Assembly: GCA_030650495.1 (NCBI GenBank)
Contig: JAUSEB010000032.1
Location: 1-50,146, forward strand
Direction: 5' to 3'
Origin: Armatimonadota bacterium
GTDB lineage: Bacteria; Armatimonadota; UBA5829; JAUSEB01
Length of the DNA stretch: 50,146 bases
The first letter of the stretch is position 1; every line of letters begins with the position of its first letter. Under the pieces are notes generated by a model, which searched no databases, was not told the origin of the DNA, and saw only the letters and a list, made by a program, of their open reading frames with translations. Position numbers and translations under genes: made by a program. Positions 1-7,484 of the stretch are shown piece after piece.

Positions 1-83
1 ATGTTAGTTTGTTCTCTAGCGCCATCCTGAGAATATGATGACGGTTTATGTCCCTAAGACTGATCTCGATGCCCTCTCTTTTC

Positions 84-135
84 ATGGGGACATTATCGCT
101 CTGCAGTTAATGGGGACATAATCGCTCTGCAATTA
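84..135. repeat. tandem 26-bp direct repeat, 2 copies
   Basis: atggggacattatcgctctgcagtta (84-109) is followed directly by atggggacataatcgctctgcaatta (110-135), 2 mismatches. It lies ~17 nt upstream of the -35 at 153. Confidence 0.85.
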
Positions 136-152
136 CAACTCTGCCAAACTCC

Positions 153-181
153 TTGCCCTCTCCAATCGGTTGCACTATAAT
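153..181 (+). promoter_or_regulatory. sigma70-type promoter TTGCCC-17-TATAAT for the ferredoxin gene
   Basis: ttgccc at 153-158, tataat at 176-181, 17-nt spacer. The TTG used as ORF-track start at 153 is the -35 itself. Confidence 0.5.
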
Positions 182-248
182 GTTAAGCGAAAATAACCCA
201 ACCGATGGGTATAACCCATCAGCAGTAAGCATAGAGAGGGGGGAACTA

Positions 249-437
249 ATGAAGGCTGAGATAGATCAGGATCTTTGCATAGGCGACGGCATCTGCGCGG
301 ACACTTGCCCTGAGGTCTTTGAGATGCGCGATGACAACCTGGCTTATGTTGTCGTTGATGATGTGCCCGCCGACGCCGAGGCGTCAGCTCAGGAGGCATT
401 CGAAGCTTGCCCAACGGACGCCATTAAGGTTTCGTAG
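249..437 (+). CDS. small single-cluster [4Fe-4S]/[3Fe-4S] ferredoxin (62 aa)
   Basis: Motifs CIGDGICADTCPEVF ... ACPTDAI. ATG at 249 is preceded by the purine-rich RBS agagagggggg (232-243). The longer 153 start lies in the promoter. Confidence 0.85.
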   Translation: MKAEIDQDLCIGDGICADTCPEVFEMRDDNLAYVVVDDVPADAEASAQEAFEACPTDAIKVS

Positions 438-453
438 CCGGCGTACGATGAAT

Positions 454-505
454 AAAGGTGGTGGGGGCTTGGACGCAGCAGTCCGAGAATCCGCCACCTT
501 TTGCT
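454..505 (+). terminator. possible intrinsic terminator after ferredoxin
   Basis: aaaggtgg (454-461) pairs with ccaccttt (494-501), enclosing an inner stem cttggac/gtccgag (468-474/481-487), followed by a short T run. The loop is large, so this is weak. Confidence 0.35.
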
Positions 506-510
506 TGTAC

Positions 511-600
511 GGGGAGTCGAGGGAGTCGAGTGAGAGTTGAAGGTTGAATGTTGAAGGTTTAAGGTATTGTTGCCAACACTCTCTCCTTCAACATTCAACA
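511..600. repeat. heptamer-array hairpin element (GGAGTCG / TGAAGGT units), copy 1 of 2
   Basis: ggggagtcgagggagtcgag..gttgaatgttgaagg (543-557) pairs with ccttcaacattcaac (585-599). A second copy lies at 37081-37198. Confidence 0.85.
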
Positions 601-615
601 TTACATCCTTGGTTT

Positions 616-660
616 GTTTCGGGATTTCCATTCCACTTCGCTCCATTCAAATCCCGAAAC
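616..660. repeat. gtttcggga-family palindrome
   Basis: gtttcgggattt (616-627) pairs with aaatcccgaaac (649-660), a 12-bp stem. The same stem family occurs at 6106, 11020, 30814, 32971 and 34350. Confidence 0.85.
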
Positions 661-679
661 AACGGCTCTGAGGTTCCCA

Positions 680-707
680 TTCTAACTCCTAACTTCTATC
701 TTCTATC
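680..707 (+). repeat. TTCTAAC heptamer array (4 units)
   Basis: ttctaac tcctaac ttctatc ttctatc. The stop codon of the minus-strand gene (703-705) lies in the last unit. Confidence 0.85.
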
Positions 708-1755
708 TTGCAATCCCAAACACATATATAGGATACAGAGCGTAGAAGAAACCGCCTATGAGGAGGGAATAGGGGCTGAGCCGTTTCCTGTAAGTCATCT
801 CGGCCCAGATGATTATCGTAGCTAGAATAGCTATCGCGGCGCTTGCCATCGCGCTCTTGTCGTGACTCAAGGCCCATGGGGTGAACAAAATCCCTATGGC
901 CGGGGTTATGCTGCTCTGAAATACCATCGCGCCGCTGATGTTGCCCAGCGCGAACGTGTCTTTCTTCTTCTTGACCCACGTGATGGAGTTGAACTTCTCC
1001 GGCAGCTCGGTCGCGATTGGCGCAATTATGAGGCCAAGGACAAGGCTGGAGACTCCAAGCGGCTTGGAAATGGCCGTCACGCTTTCCACGAACAACTTTG
1101 CGCCGATCAATATAGCCACAAGGCTTACCGCCACTTGCAAGGTTACTATCTTGAGATGCGGCAACACCGCGCTGCGATGGAAATGGAGAGGATTCGGCGT
1201 ATGATCAGCGCAATTGCCGCCTTCACCGGAGAAAGTACGCATCACATATTGGACGTAAGCCCCGACGAGGAACAACGCTATGGCTATCCTGACGGCGTAC
1301 CGGACTATTTCATTATCGCTGTGCATCCAAGGCAAGAAAGAGGCGCCTATTGCGACAATATAGACCATAAAGAACGCTCGCAGGTCCCTGCCCAGCACTT
1401 TGTGGTCTACCGTCATCTCCGTTTTGCGAATGCCGGCCCTGGCGAATACGATCACGGCAAGCCCGGTGATGAACATGGCTAGGGTGCTCAGCATCATAGG
1501 CGCGCCCAGTATGGCTCCAACGCCTACGTCGTGCGTCTTCGTCCCGGAAACCACGGCTATTATGGCAATGGATGTCTCAGGGAGGGCGGTACCTACCGCC
1601 GCCAAAACGCTACCGACCGCGCCTTCCGCCAACTGCAGTTTCTTTCCAAACCACTCTATACTGTTGGTGAACAGCTCGGCGGCTGCCAGAATCACCCCGA
1701 AGCTGACGGCGAGCAATACTACCGAGACTCCGATCGACATTTCAGGAAACGACAC
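703..1755 (-). CDS. CaCA-family Na+/Ca2+ (cation/Ca2+) exchanger membrane protein
   Basis: 350 aa, polytopic. Two alpha-repeat signatures, AVGTALPETSIAII and IAPIATELPEKFNSI. Confidence 0.85.
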   Translation of the reverse strand: MSFPEMSIGVSVVLLAVSFGVILAAAELFTNSIEWFGKKLQLAEGAVGSVLAAVGTALPETSIAIIAVVSGTKTHDVGVGAILGAPMMLSTLAMFITGLAVIVFARAGIRKTEMTVDHKVLGRDLRAFFMVYIVAIGASFLPWMHSDNEIVRYAVRIAIALFLVGAYVQYVMRTFSGEGGNCADHTPNPLHFHRSAVLPHLKIVTLQVAVSLVAILIGAKLFVESVTAISKPLGVSSLVLGLIIAPIATELPEKFNSITWVKKKKDTFALGNISGAMVFQSSITPAIGILFTPWALSHDKSAMASAAIAILATIIIWAEMTYRKRLSPYSLLIGGFFYALYPIYVFGIAR

Positions 1756-1802
1756 TTATAGGCTCCTTTCGCCTTATTATTTACTTTCGTTTAGCATGAT
1801 TT

Positions 1803-1909
1803 AACCTCCCCCAACCCCCCCTTCGTAAGGAGGGGAGTTCCGGGCTTCCCCCTTATAGGAAGGGAGCAATTATACTTCCCCCCTTTAGAAGGGGGGATTG
1901 AGGGGGGTT
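1803..1909. repeat. C-rich/G-rich three-hairpin element
   Basis: The outer arms aacctcccccaacccccc and ggggggattgaggggggtt enclose three small hairpins (ccccttcgtaaggagggg, ccctt-atagg-aaggg, cccccctttagaagggggg). Related copies lie at 44271-44344 and 25922-25958. Confidence 0.75.
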
Positions 1910-1916
1910 TTACTCA

Positions 1917-3161
1917 CTACTTCTGAACTGTTGGCTTTCGCCTTAGAAATATGAACGTTAATATCGTTGATACACTCAGCATAATTGCGCTCAGGACCAG
2001 CGGCGCGGAGTGGGCCTGGACAAATGGAACGCTGATCGAACCCTCATACATGTGTCCCCCGACAATCGCGCCCAATATGGCGCCGAGTCCCTGAGCCATG
2101 CCCACGGTTCCAAGAATCTCTCCTCGACGGGAAGACGAGGTCATCTCGGAAATCAGGGCAAGCCAGGCAGGCATAGCCATAAGGAAGCCCACACCGAGCA
2201 ACGAGCCGCCCAACACTAACGCCGGCTGGGCTCTGGTCGTGGCGATAACCCACATGGCGGTAGCCGCTATTAGAACTCCCAGCCTGACCGAACGCACTTT
2301 GCCCCATTTGTCGCCCAACCTGCCCAACGGCATAGCCAAAACCGCCAGCGTCGCGGCGGCGGGAAGGAGCAGCCAACCGTAGCCTTTTTCAGTAAGCCCA
2401 AGTTCGTCCATGGCGTACAATTTGACGATGGGAATCAACACGCCGACGCCGCCAAAAGCAAAAAACACCATTGCCAACATCTCCGGGATGGCGCGCAGGC
2501 TGTAAAGCAAAGAAGAAAGATGAATCGGCTGCGGCTCCTCCAAATGCGTCTCATGCCTGTGGGGCGCGGTTCGCTTTGGAATAGCCGCCAGGGCGATAAT
2601 GACCGTAAGTGCGAACATGCCGCCTATCGTGTAAAATACATACCGCTCGGAGCCGGTATACTCGCTCACCGCTCCTCCCACCAGCGGCCCCAGGGCAATG
2701 CCCGCCATATATGTGACGTTCAGGACGCTCATCGCCACGCTGCGATTCTTTTCATCGACCGTGTCCCCAACAAGCGCGAAGGCCGTGGGCCAAATTGCCG
2801 CCGCGCCGAGTCCATCCAAAATGCGAAGGGAGATCAAAGCCGCCGGGTCGACGGCCCTGGCGGTCAGGAACGCGGCGGCGCAGGAAGCTATTGGTCCGGC
2901 GATCAGAAGCGGCCTTCGGCCAACACGGTCGCCGAGAGCGCCCAGGGCGGGCCTGAACAACGCTTCCACCAGGAGGAAAGTCGCCAGTATCCAACCCAGC
3001 CATCCCGCGCTCAACTTCAGCTCTTTGACTACATAAGGTTGCAGCGCGGATTGGTTCATCGTGGCGTAACCAAGCTCCGCCAACAGGGCGATGACACCCA
3101 GGCCGGCGATAGCCCTACGCGCGGGAGCCTTTGACCATAGACCTTTGAGAAAAACCGTCAA
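1917..3161 (-). CDS. MFS transporter
   Basis: 414 aa with ~12 hydrophobic segments. MFS loop motif GALGDRVGRRPLL between TM2 and TM3. Confidence 0.85.
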   Translation of the reverse strand: MTVFLKGLWSKAPARRAIAGLGVIALLAELGYATMNQSALQPYVVKELKLSAGWLGWILATFLLVEALFRPALGALGDRVGRRPLLIAGPIASCAAAFLTARAVDPAALISLRILDGLGAAAIWPTAFALVGDTVDEKNRSVAMSVLNVTYMAGIALGPLVGGAVSEYTGSERYVFYTIGGMFALTVIIALAAIPKRTAPHRHETHLEEPQPIHLSSLLYSLRAIPEMLAMVFFAFGGVGVLIPIVKLYAMDELGLTEKGYGWLLLPAAATLAVLAMPLGRLGDKWGKVRSVRLGVLIAATAMWVIATTRAQPALVLGGSLLGVGFLMAMPAWLALISEMTSSSRRGEILGTVGMAQGLGAILGAIVGGHMYEGSISVPFVQAHSAPLVLSAIMLSVSTILTFIFLRRKPTVQK

Positions 3162-3181
3162 ATTCCGCTCTTAGCCTCCGA

Positions 3182-3219
3182 TTTAGAAGTTAGAAGTTGG
3201 AAGTTAGAAGGTAGGAGTT
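3182..3219 (-). repeat. GTTAGAA heptamer array (reverse orientation of TTCTAAC)
   Basis: tttagaa gttagaa gttggaa gttagaa ggtagga. This is the inverted partner of the array at 3413-3447. Confidence 0.85.
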
Positions 3220-3223
3220 GATA

Positions 3224-3359
3224 TGCTGCGGGAATGGTCTTACAGCAGAGACTTACACATTTAATCCACCACAATTCCCGCAGCTTGGTAGGCGATATTG
3301 CTGCGGGAACTACCTTATGCTTAAACAAAACTTTATCCAAACACACCGTTCCCGCAGCA
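3224..3359. repeat. two tandem ~60-nt hairpins with TGCTGCGGGAA stems
   Basis: tgctgcgggaat (3224-3235) pairs with attcccgcagc (3274-3284); tgctgcgggaac (3299-3310) pairs with gttcccgcagca (3348-3359). The ~38-nt loops share tt(a)atcca(a/c)c. Confidence 0.8.
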
Positions 3360-3412
3360 TAGAACTTTGGTATTGACATAGGGAGTCCGAAACACCGGCG
3401 CCGCCTACCTCA

Positions 3413-3447
3413 TTCTAACTTCTAACTCCTAACTTCTAACTTCTAAC
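3413..3447 (+). repeat. TTCTAAC heptamer array (5 units)
   Basis: ttctaac ttctaac tcctaac ttctaac ttctaac. The stop codon of the oxidoreductase gene (3443-3445) is inside the last unit. Confidence 0.9.
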
Positions 3448-4483
3448 CAATCTCCACTTCCTTGCCCGTCTTGGCGGACTTATATATCGCGTCGATTATC
3501 TTGGCCGTGATGAGACACTGCTCGCCGGTCACGAGAACCTCCGTGTCATTTCTAATGGCGTTTAGAAAGGCAATGATCTCCTGCTGGTATATATCGACCG
3601 TCGGCAAGGACACCGGCGTTACGTCTATCAATACTCCATGCTTTTCCTTGAACATCTTCACCGGCGTCATTTCGCAGCCGCCTTCAGTCCCTACGAGCGT
3701 TGCGTTGAAAATACCATGGTCTATATTGGCCGCAAAGCTGGACTCTACGACCATACTCGCGCCGTTCTCGAACCGCACAAAACCTGCCGCGAAATCCTCC
3801 ACGGTGTAGGTCTTAGGGTCCCAAGGCCCCCATGCGTTGCAGACGCCTTCTCGATTTCCGAATTTGGTGCAGGCCATGCCGGTAGCCGAAATCGGTTTGG
3901 GATGCCCCATAAGCCAAAGGGTCGTGTCCATCGCATGCACGCCGATGTCTATGAGCGGCCCGCCTCCCTGCTTTTCCTTGTTGGTGAAAACACCCCACGA
4001 AGGAACGCCCCGGCGGCGAGTCGCCTGAGCTTTTGCGTAGTAAACCTCGCCCATCTCCCCGTCGTCGACAAACCGCTTCAGGGCCTGGTTGCCGGGCTGG
4101 AAACGTATGCAATGAGCCACTTGCAGCTTTTTTTTGTTCCTATGCGCGGCGTCCACCATAACCTGAGCTTCGGCGGCGGTTCTGGCTATCGGCTTTTCGA
4201 CGATAACATGCTTCCCGGCGTTAAGACTGGCTACAGCAGCGGGGCTGTGAAAGTTATTCGGCGTGCAAACGTCCACCGCGTCGATCTCATCCAGCTTGAG
4301 CATCTCATTGTAGTCGGTGAACACGCGCTTCACGTTATATTTTTCAGCGACGGTCTTAGCAACATCCGGCAGAATATCGCAAATAGCGTAAATTTCCACA
4401 TCGGTCATCGCGGCATAATGCGGCAGGTGGTTTCCCTGACAGATGCTTCCCGTTCCTATAAAACCGATTTTCAATTTCTTCAA
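3443..4483 (-). CDS. Gfo/Idh/MocA family NAD(P)-dependent oxidoreductase
   Basis: N-terminal Rossmann motif KIGFIGTGSI and the EKP motif HVIVEKPIA. 346 aa. Confidence 0.85.
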   Translation of the reverse strand: MKKLKIGFIGTGSICQGNHLPHYAAMTDVEIYAICDILPDVAKTVAEKYNVKRVFTDYNEMLKLDEIDAVDVCTPNNFHSPAAVASLNAGKHVIVEKPIARTAAEAQVMVDAAHRNKKKLQVAHCIRFQPGNQALKRFVDDGEMGEVYYAKAQATRRRGVPSWGVFTNKEKQGGGPLIDIGVHAMDTTLWLMGHPKPISATGMACTKFGNREGVCNAWGPWDPKTYTVEDFAAGFVRFENGASMVVESSFAANIDHGIFNATLVGTEGGCEMTPVKMFKEKHGVLIDVTPVSLPTVDIYQQEIIAFLNAIRNDTEVLVTGEQCLITAKIIDAIYKSAKTGKEVEIG

Positions 4484-4512
4484 CGGCGCCCTCCTGGTTG
4501 CATTATATTAAA

Positions 4513-4563
4513 GGAGTCGGCGCCTTCGGCGCCGGCATCGGCAGCAGGCTACCGATGCAACAA
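4513..4563. repeat. double-hairpin repeat (reverse-complement copy of 25872-25923)
   Basis: Hairpins ggcgcc-ttc-ggcgcc and gcatcgg-cagcaggcta-ccgatgc. It aligns to the reverse complement of 25872-25923 with compensatory changes in both stems. Confidence 0.85.
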
Positions 4564-4577
4564 CAATAACTTGTCTA

Positions 4578-4619
4578 TTCTAACTTCTAACTTCTAACTC
4601 CTAACTTCTTACTTCTATC
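4578..4619 (+). repeat. TTCTAAC heptamer array (6 units)
   Basis: ttctaac x3, tcctaac, ttcttac, ttctatc. The rtcB stop codon (4615-4617) is inside the last unit. Confidence 0.9.
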
Positions 4620-6072
4620 CCTTCGCCACGCCCAGCGGCCGCATCTTGGCGACTTTTCTCGAAATGCCCGCCCCGTGTACGGCGTCGACTACGTCCGACA
4701 CATCCTTATAAGCATACGACGCCTCTTCCGGGAGCGTTCCTCGACTCTGGGCCCTCACGATTATCCCCTTCGCTTCCAAATCCCTTTGAACATCCTGGCC
4801 GCTTGCCCGCTTCATGGCCGCATGGCGGCTCATCAGCCTGCCCGCCCCGTGGCACGTTGAACCGAACGTCTGGCGCATCGCCTGGTCGGTTCCCACCAAT
4901 AAGAAGGAATACCGGCCCATATCGCCGGGAACGAGAACCGGCTGCCCGACTTTTCGATACGCGGCGGGTATGTCCGGGTTGCCGGGTCCGAACGCGCGAG
5001 TCGCGCCCTTGCGGTGCACGCAAAGGGACATGGTCTTGCCATCGACCTCATGCTCTTCTATTTTCGCTATGTTGTGAGCGACATCGTAGATCTGGCGCAG
5101 GCCCAGTTTATGCGCCCCGGCTCCCATTATACGCTCAAATGCCTCCCGTACCCAGTGCGCGATTGCCTGCCTGTTCGCCCAGGCGTAGTTCGCGGCGCAG
5201 GCCATGGCTCCCATATACTCTTTGCCCTCACGGGAGTTCACCGGCGCGCAGGCCAATTGGCGGTCGGGTATATCTATATTATAACGCTTTACGGCGCCTT
5301 GCATAACCTCCAGGCTGTCATCGCACACTTGATGCCCGAAACCGCGCGAGCCTGTGTGTATCATCACCGTGATTTGGCCGGGGCCGAAAATGCCGAACGT
5401 AGCGGCGGCGGCGTCATCGTAAATCTCATCCACGACCTGTATCTCAAGAAAATGGTTTCCGCTGCCGAGCGTGCCGAGCTGCGGTCGGCCTCGCTTTACT
5501 GCTTCGTTGGAGACGAATTCCGGCGTGGCTCCGGGGATACATCCGCCCTGCTCGGTCGCTTCGAGGTCGTCGTTCCAGCCGATGCCGTGTTCGACCATCC
5601 ATCGCGCGCCTTTTTTCATAACCTGCGCCAGCTCCGCCTCGTTCACCCTGATCCGGCCTTCGCTGCCGACACCGGCGGGCACGTCGCGGAACAGTTGATC
5701 GACCAAATCCCTGATCTTAGGCTGGACTTCCTCGATAGTGAGGTCGGTCCTGAGCATCCGCACACCGCAGTTGATGTCGAAACCCACGCCGCCCGGCGAG
5801 ACGACGCCGTCATCCACGGAAGTCGCCGCCACGCCGCCAATCGGGAAGCCGTAGCCCCAGTGGATATCCGGCATGGCCATCGATTTGCCCTGAATGCCGG
5901 GGAGAAACGCGACATTCGCGACCTGCTCCAGCGCCTCATCGTGGGTAATCGCCTCCATCATCCGCTCAGTCGCGTAGACAAGGCCGTCGGTCCGCATCCC
6001 GGACTTATAGGATTTGGGTATCAGCCATCTATAGTCATCAATTTGTTTGAGTCTCTTAGACCAGTCTGTCAT
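4615..6072 (-). CDS. rtcB: RNA-splicing ligase RtcB (3'-phosphate/5'-hydroxy RNA ligase)
   Basis: Motifs MPDIHWGYGFPIGG, GVGFDINCGVR, GSGNHFLEIQ, HTGSRGFGHQV, HRKGATRA and CHGAGR. ATG at 6072 is preceded by ggaagagg. The 6132 start would add 20 aa read from a palindromic repeat. Confidence 0.93.
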   Translation of the reverse strand: MTDWSKRLKQIDDYRWLIPKSYKSGMRTDGLVYATERMMEAITHDEALEQVANVAFLPGIQGKSMAMPDIHWGYGFPIGGVAATSVDDGVVSPGGVGFDINCGVRMLRTDLTIEEVQPKIRDLVDQLFRDVPAGVGSEGRIRVNEAELAQVMKKGARWMVEHGIGWNDDLEATEQGGCIPGATPEFVSNEAVKRGRPQLGTLGSGNHFLEIQVVDEIYDDAAAATFGIFGPGQITVMIHTGSRGFGHQVCDDSLEVMQGAVKRYNIDIPDRQLACAPVNSREGKEYMGAMACAANYAWANRQAIAHWVREAFERIMGAGAHKLGLRQIYDVAHNIAKIEEHEVDGKTMSLCVHRKGATRAFGPGNPDIPAAYRKVGQPVLVPGDMGRYSFLLVGTDQAMRQTFGSTCHGAGRLMSRHAAMKRASGQDVQRDLEAKGIIVRAQSRGTLPEEASYAYKDVSDVVDAVHGAGISRKVAKMRPLGVAKG

Positions 6073-6105
6073 ATTATTTGCCTCTTCCTGACGGAGGATA
6101 TATCG

Positions 6106-6130
6106 GTTTCGGCATTTGAAATGCCGAAAC
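6106..6130. repeat. perfect 12-bp palindrome gtttcggcattt/aaatgccgaaac in the rtcB leader
   Basis: gtttcggcattt g aaatgccgaaac. A member of the gtttcgg..ccgaaac family. Confidence 0.85.
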
Positions 6131-6177
6131 ACCGAATACGTGATACCCGGTCAGGGGTTGGTCGGAACAGAAAATCC

Positions 6178-6244
6178 GTGAACGCCGCGGCGAGCGCTCA
6201 CTACAATGGCGAACAGTAGGGAACAGACGCCGTTCCGTTCCCTA
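6178..6244. repeat. two-hairpin repeat, copy 1 of 2
   Basis: gtgaacgccgcggcgagcgctcac...tagggaacagacgccgttccgttcccta aligns with 38989-39058. It overlaps the stop codon of the GT4 gene. Confidence 0.8.
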
Positions 6245-7435
6245 ATCGACACCCCAAGTACTCCGTGAATGCTCGTCCGCGACGCGACGGTATACTTCCA
6301 GCGTTCTTTCGGCGATACGCGGCCAGGCGAAGACGTTTCGCACTTTCATATAAGCCGTCCCGGCCATGGATTTCGCCGCGCCGGGGTTCGTGAGCGACTG
6401 AGTTATTCCCCATGCAAGCGAATCTGGGTTTCCGGCCCATGTCGTGATTCCCGTAACGCCGTGGTCGACGACCTCCCGCAGCCCGCCTACGTCGGATGTG
6501 ACCACGGGGACCTTCGCCGCCATAGCTTCCAGCGCGACTATGCCGAAAGGCTCGTAAAGGCTTGGGAAGACGGCAATGTCCGCGATGTTATAAATCTTCA
6601 GGAGCGTATCGTCGTCGATGTAGCCGGTGAAAAAGACTTTATCGGCGATGCCCAAATCCTCGGCCTGTTGGCGCAAATCGGTTCTATCTCCACCTCCGAC
6701 GATCAGCAGCTTGGCCGGCAGTTCAGCCGCGCTAATCTTAGACATAGCCTCGATCAACACCCCCGCGCCTTTTTCGTTCACCATTCTGCCGACGAAGAAG
6801 ATTATCTTTTCATCGTCCCCGGCGAAGGTCCGGCGGAACGATTTCCTATCGAAATCTATCTCGAACTTCTTCCAGTCCACGCCGTTAGGGATAACGTCGA
6901 TCTTGTCCGCCGAGGTTCCTAGGGCGCGGATTATCTCCTCTTTCATGAAATGGCTGCAGCAGATAACCCGCCATGCCTCGAAAGCAAGCTCCCATTCCAC
7001 CTGGTTTATGTAGCGATGAAGATCGGTGTGTATCCCGTAATTCCTGCCGTATTCGGTGGCGTGTATGGTGGCGACTACGGGCAATTTATGCTTGAGTTTT
7101 AAGCTCTTCGCCGCGTATTCCGCGAGCCAGTCATGCGCGTGGATGAGAACGGGTTCCTTGCCATGTTCTGCAAGCAGCTCATCGGCCTTTTGCTCCGTTA
7201 AGTCGTTTAGATGCTTCACCCATTTGACGAAATCGCCGTCGCTCTCCCCCGCCTTTACTCTATAAACATTTACACCGTTTATCTCTTCTTTTTCGGGAGC
7301 TTCGGGATGCTCGCAGGTGATTACGTCTATCTGAACGTCTTTAGCGGCGAGCGCGTCGCAAATCTCGTAAACATGGCGGGAGACGCCGCCGATGATCCTG
7401 GGAGGGTATTCCCAGGAAAGCATTAGAATTCGCAT
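6242..7435 (-). CDS. GT4-family glycosyltransferase (GT-B fold, glycogen-synthase-like)
   Basis: N-terminus MRILMLSWEYPPRIIGGVSRHV and C-terminal E-x7-E region FPSLYEPFGIVALEAMAAKVPVV. 397 aa. Confidence 0.85.
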   Translation of the reverse strand: MRILMLSWEYPPRIIGGVSRHVYEICDALAAKDVQIDVITCEHPEAPEKEEINGVNVYRVKAGESDGDFVKWVKHLNDLTEQKADELLAEHGKEPVLIHAHDWLAEYAAKSLKLKHKLPVVATIHATEYGRNYGIHTDLHRYINQVEWELAFEAWRVICCSHFMKEEIIRALGTSADKIDVIPNGVDWKKFEIDFDRKSFRRTFAGDDEKIIFFVGRMVNEKGAGVLIEAMSKISAAELPAKLLIVGGGDRTDLRQQAEDLGIADKVFFTGYIDDDTLLKIYNIADIAVFPSLYEPFGIVALEAMAAKVPVVTSDVGGLREVVDHGVTGITTWAGNPDSLAWGITQSLTNPGAAKSMAGTAYMKVRNVFAWPRIAERTLEVYRRVADEHSRSTWGVD

Positions 7436-7452
7436 TTGTTATATTTAAGCGC

Positions 7453-7484
7453 AGCTGTCAGCTGTCAGCTGACAGCTGACAGCT
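7453..7484. repeat. perfect 32-nt palindrome (AGCTGTC)2(AGCTGAC)2AGCT
   Basis: agctgtcagctgtcagctgacagctgacagct equals its own reverse complement. It encodes the last residues (..QLSADS) and the stop codon of the DUF721 gene. Confidence 0.95.

Noticed and set aside
1-85. Minus-strand open frame MKREGIEISLRDINRHHILRMALENKLT.. leaving the left edge.
   Set aside because: Only 28 codons are visible. Part of it (23-50) looks like a collapsed MITE-like remnant (catcctgag..atgacgg). It cannot be judged from this window.
153-248. Long N-terminal extensions offered by the ORF track. Besides this one, they are 6073-6132 for rtcB, 10884-10985 for dnaA, 22217-22306 for bfr, 27013-27048 for DUF488 and 41316-41369 for atpZ.
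   Set aside because: The upstream 'starts' are mostly TTG codons that coincide with -35 hexamers or repeats. Downstream ATG/GTG codons have proper RBSs and give family-typical N-termini.
3224-3359. Four copies of TGCTGCGGGAA with ~38-nt intervening segments, considered as a mini-CRISPR.
   Set aside because: The copies alternate in orientation, forming two hairpins. The repeat is only 11-12 nt, and the intervening segments are related to each other.
5014-6219. 401-aa plus-strand ORF.
   Set aside because: It lies entirely antisense to rtcB, whose product has unmistakable RtcB motifs. The Arg/Gly/His-rich composition is typical of a shadow ORF.
7453-7484. AGCTGTC-type and other perfect palindromes considered as classical rho-independent terminators.
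   Set aside because: None is followed by a T/U run; compare the genuine terminator at 22173-22208. Several sit inside operons or upstream of genes. They may still affect transcription, but they are not canonical intrinsic terminators.
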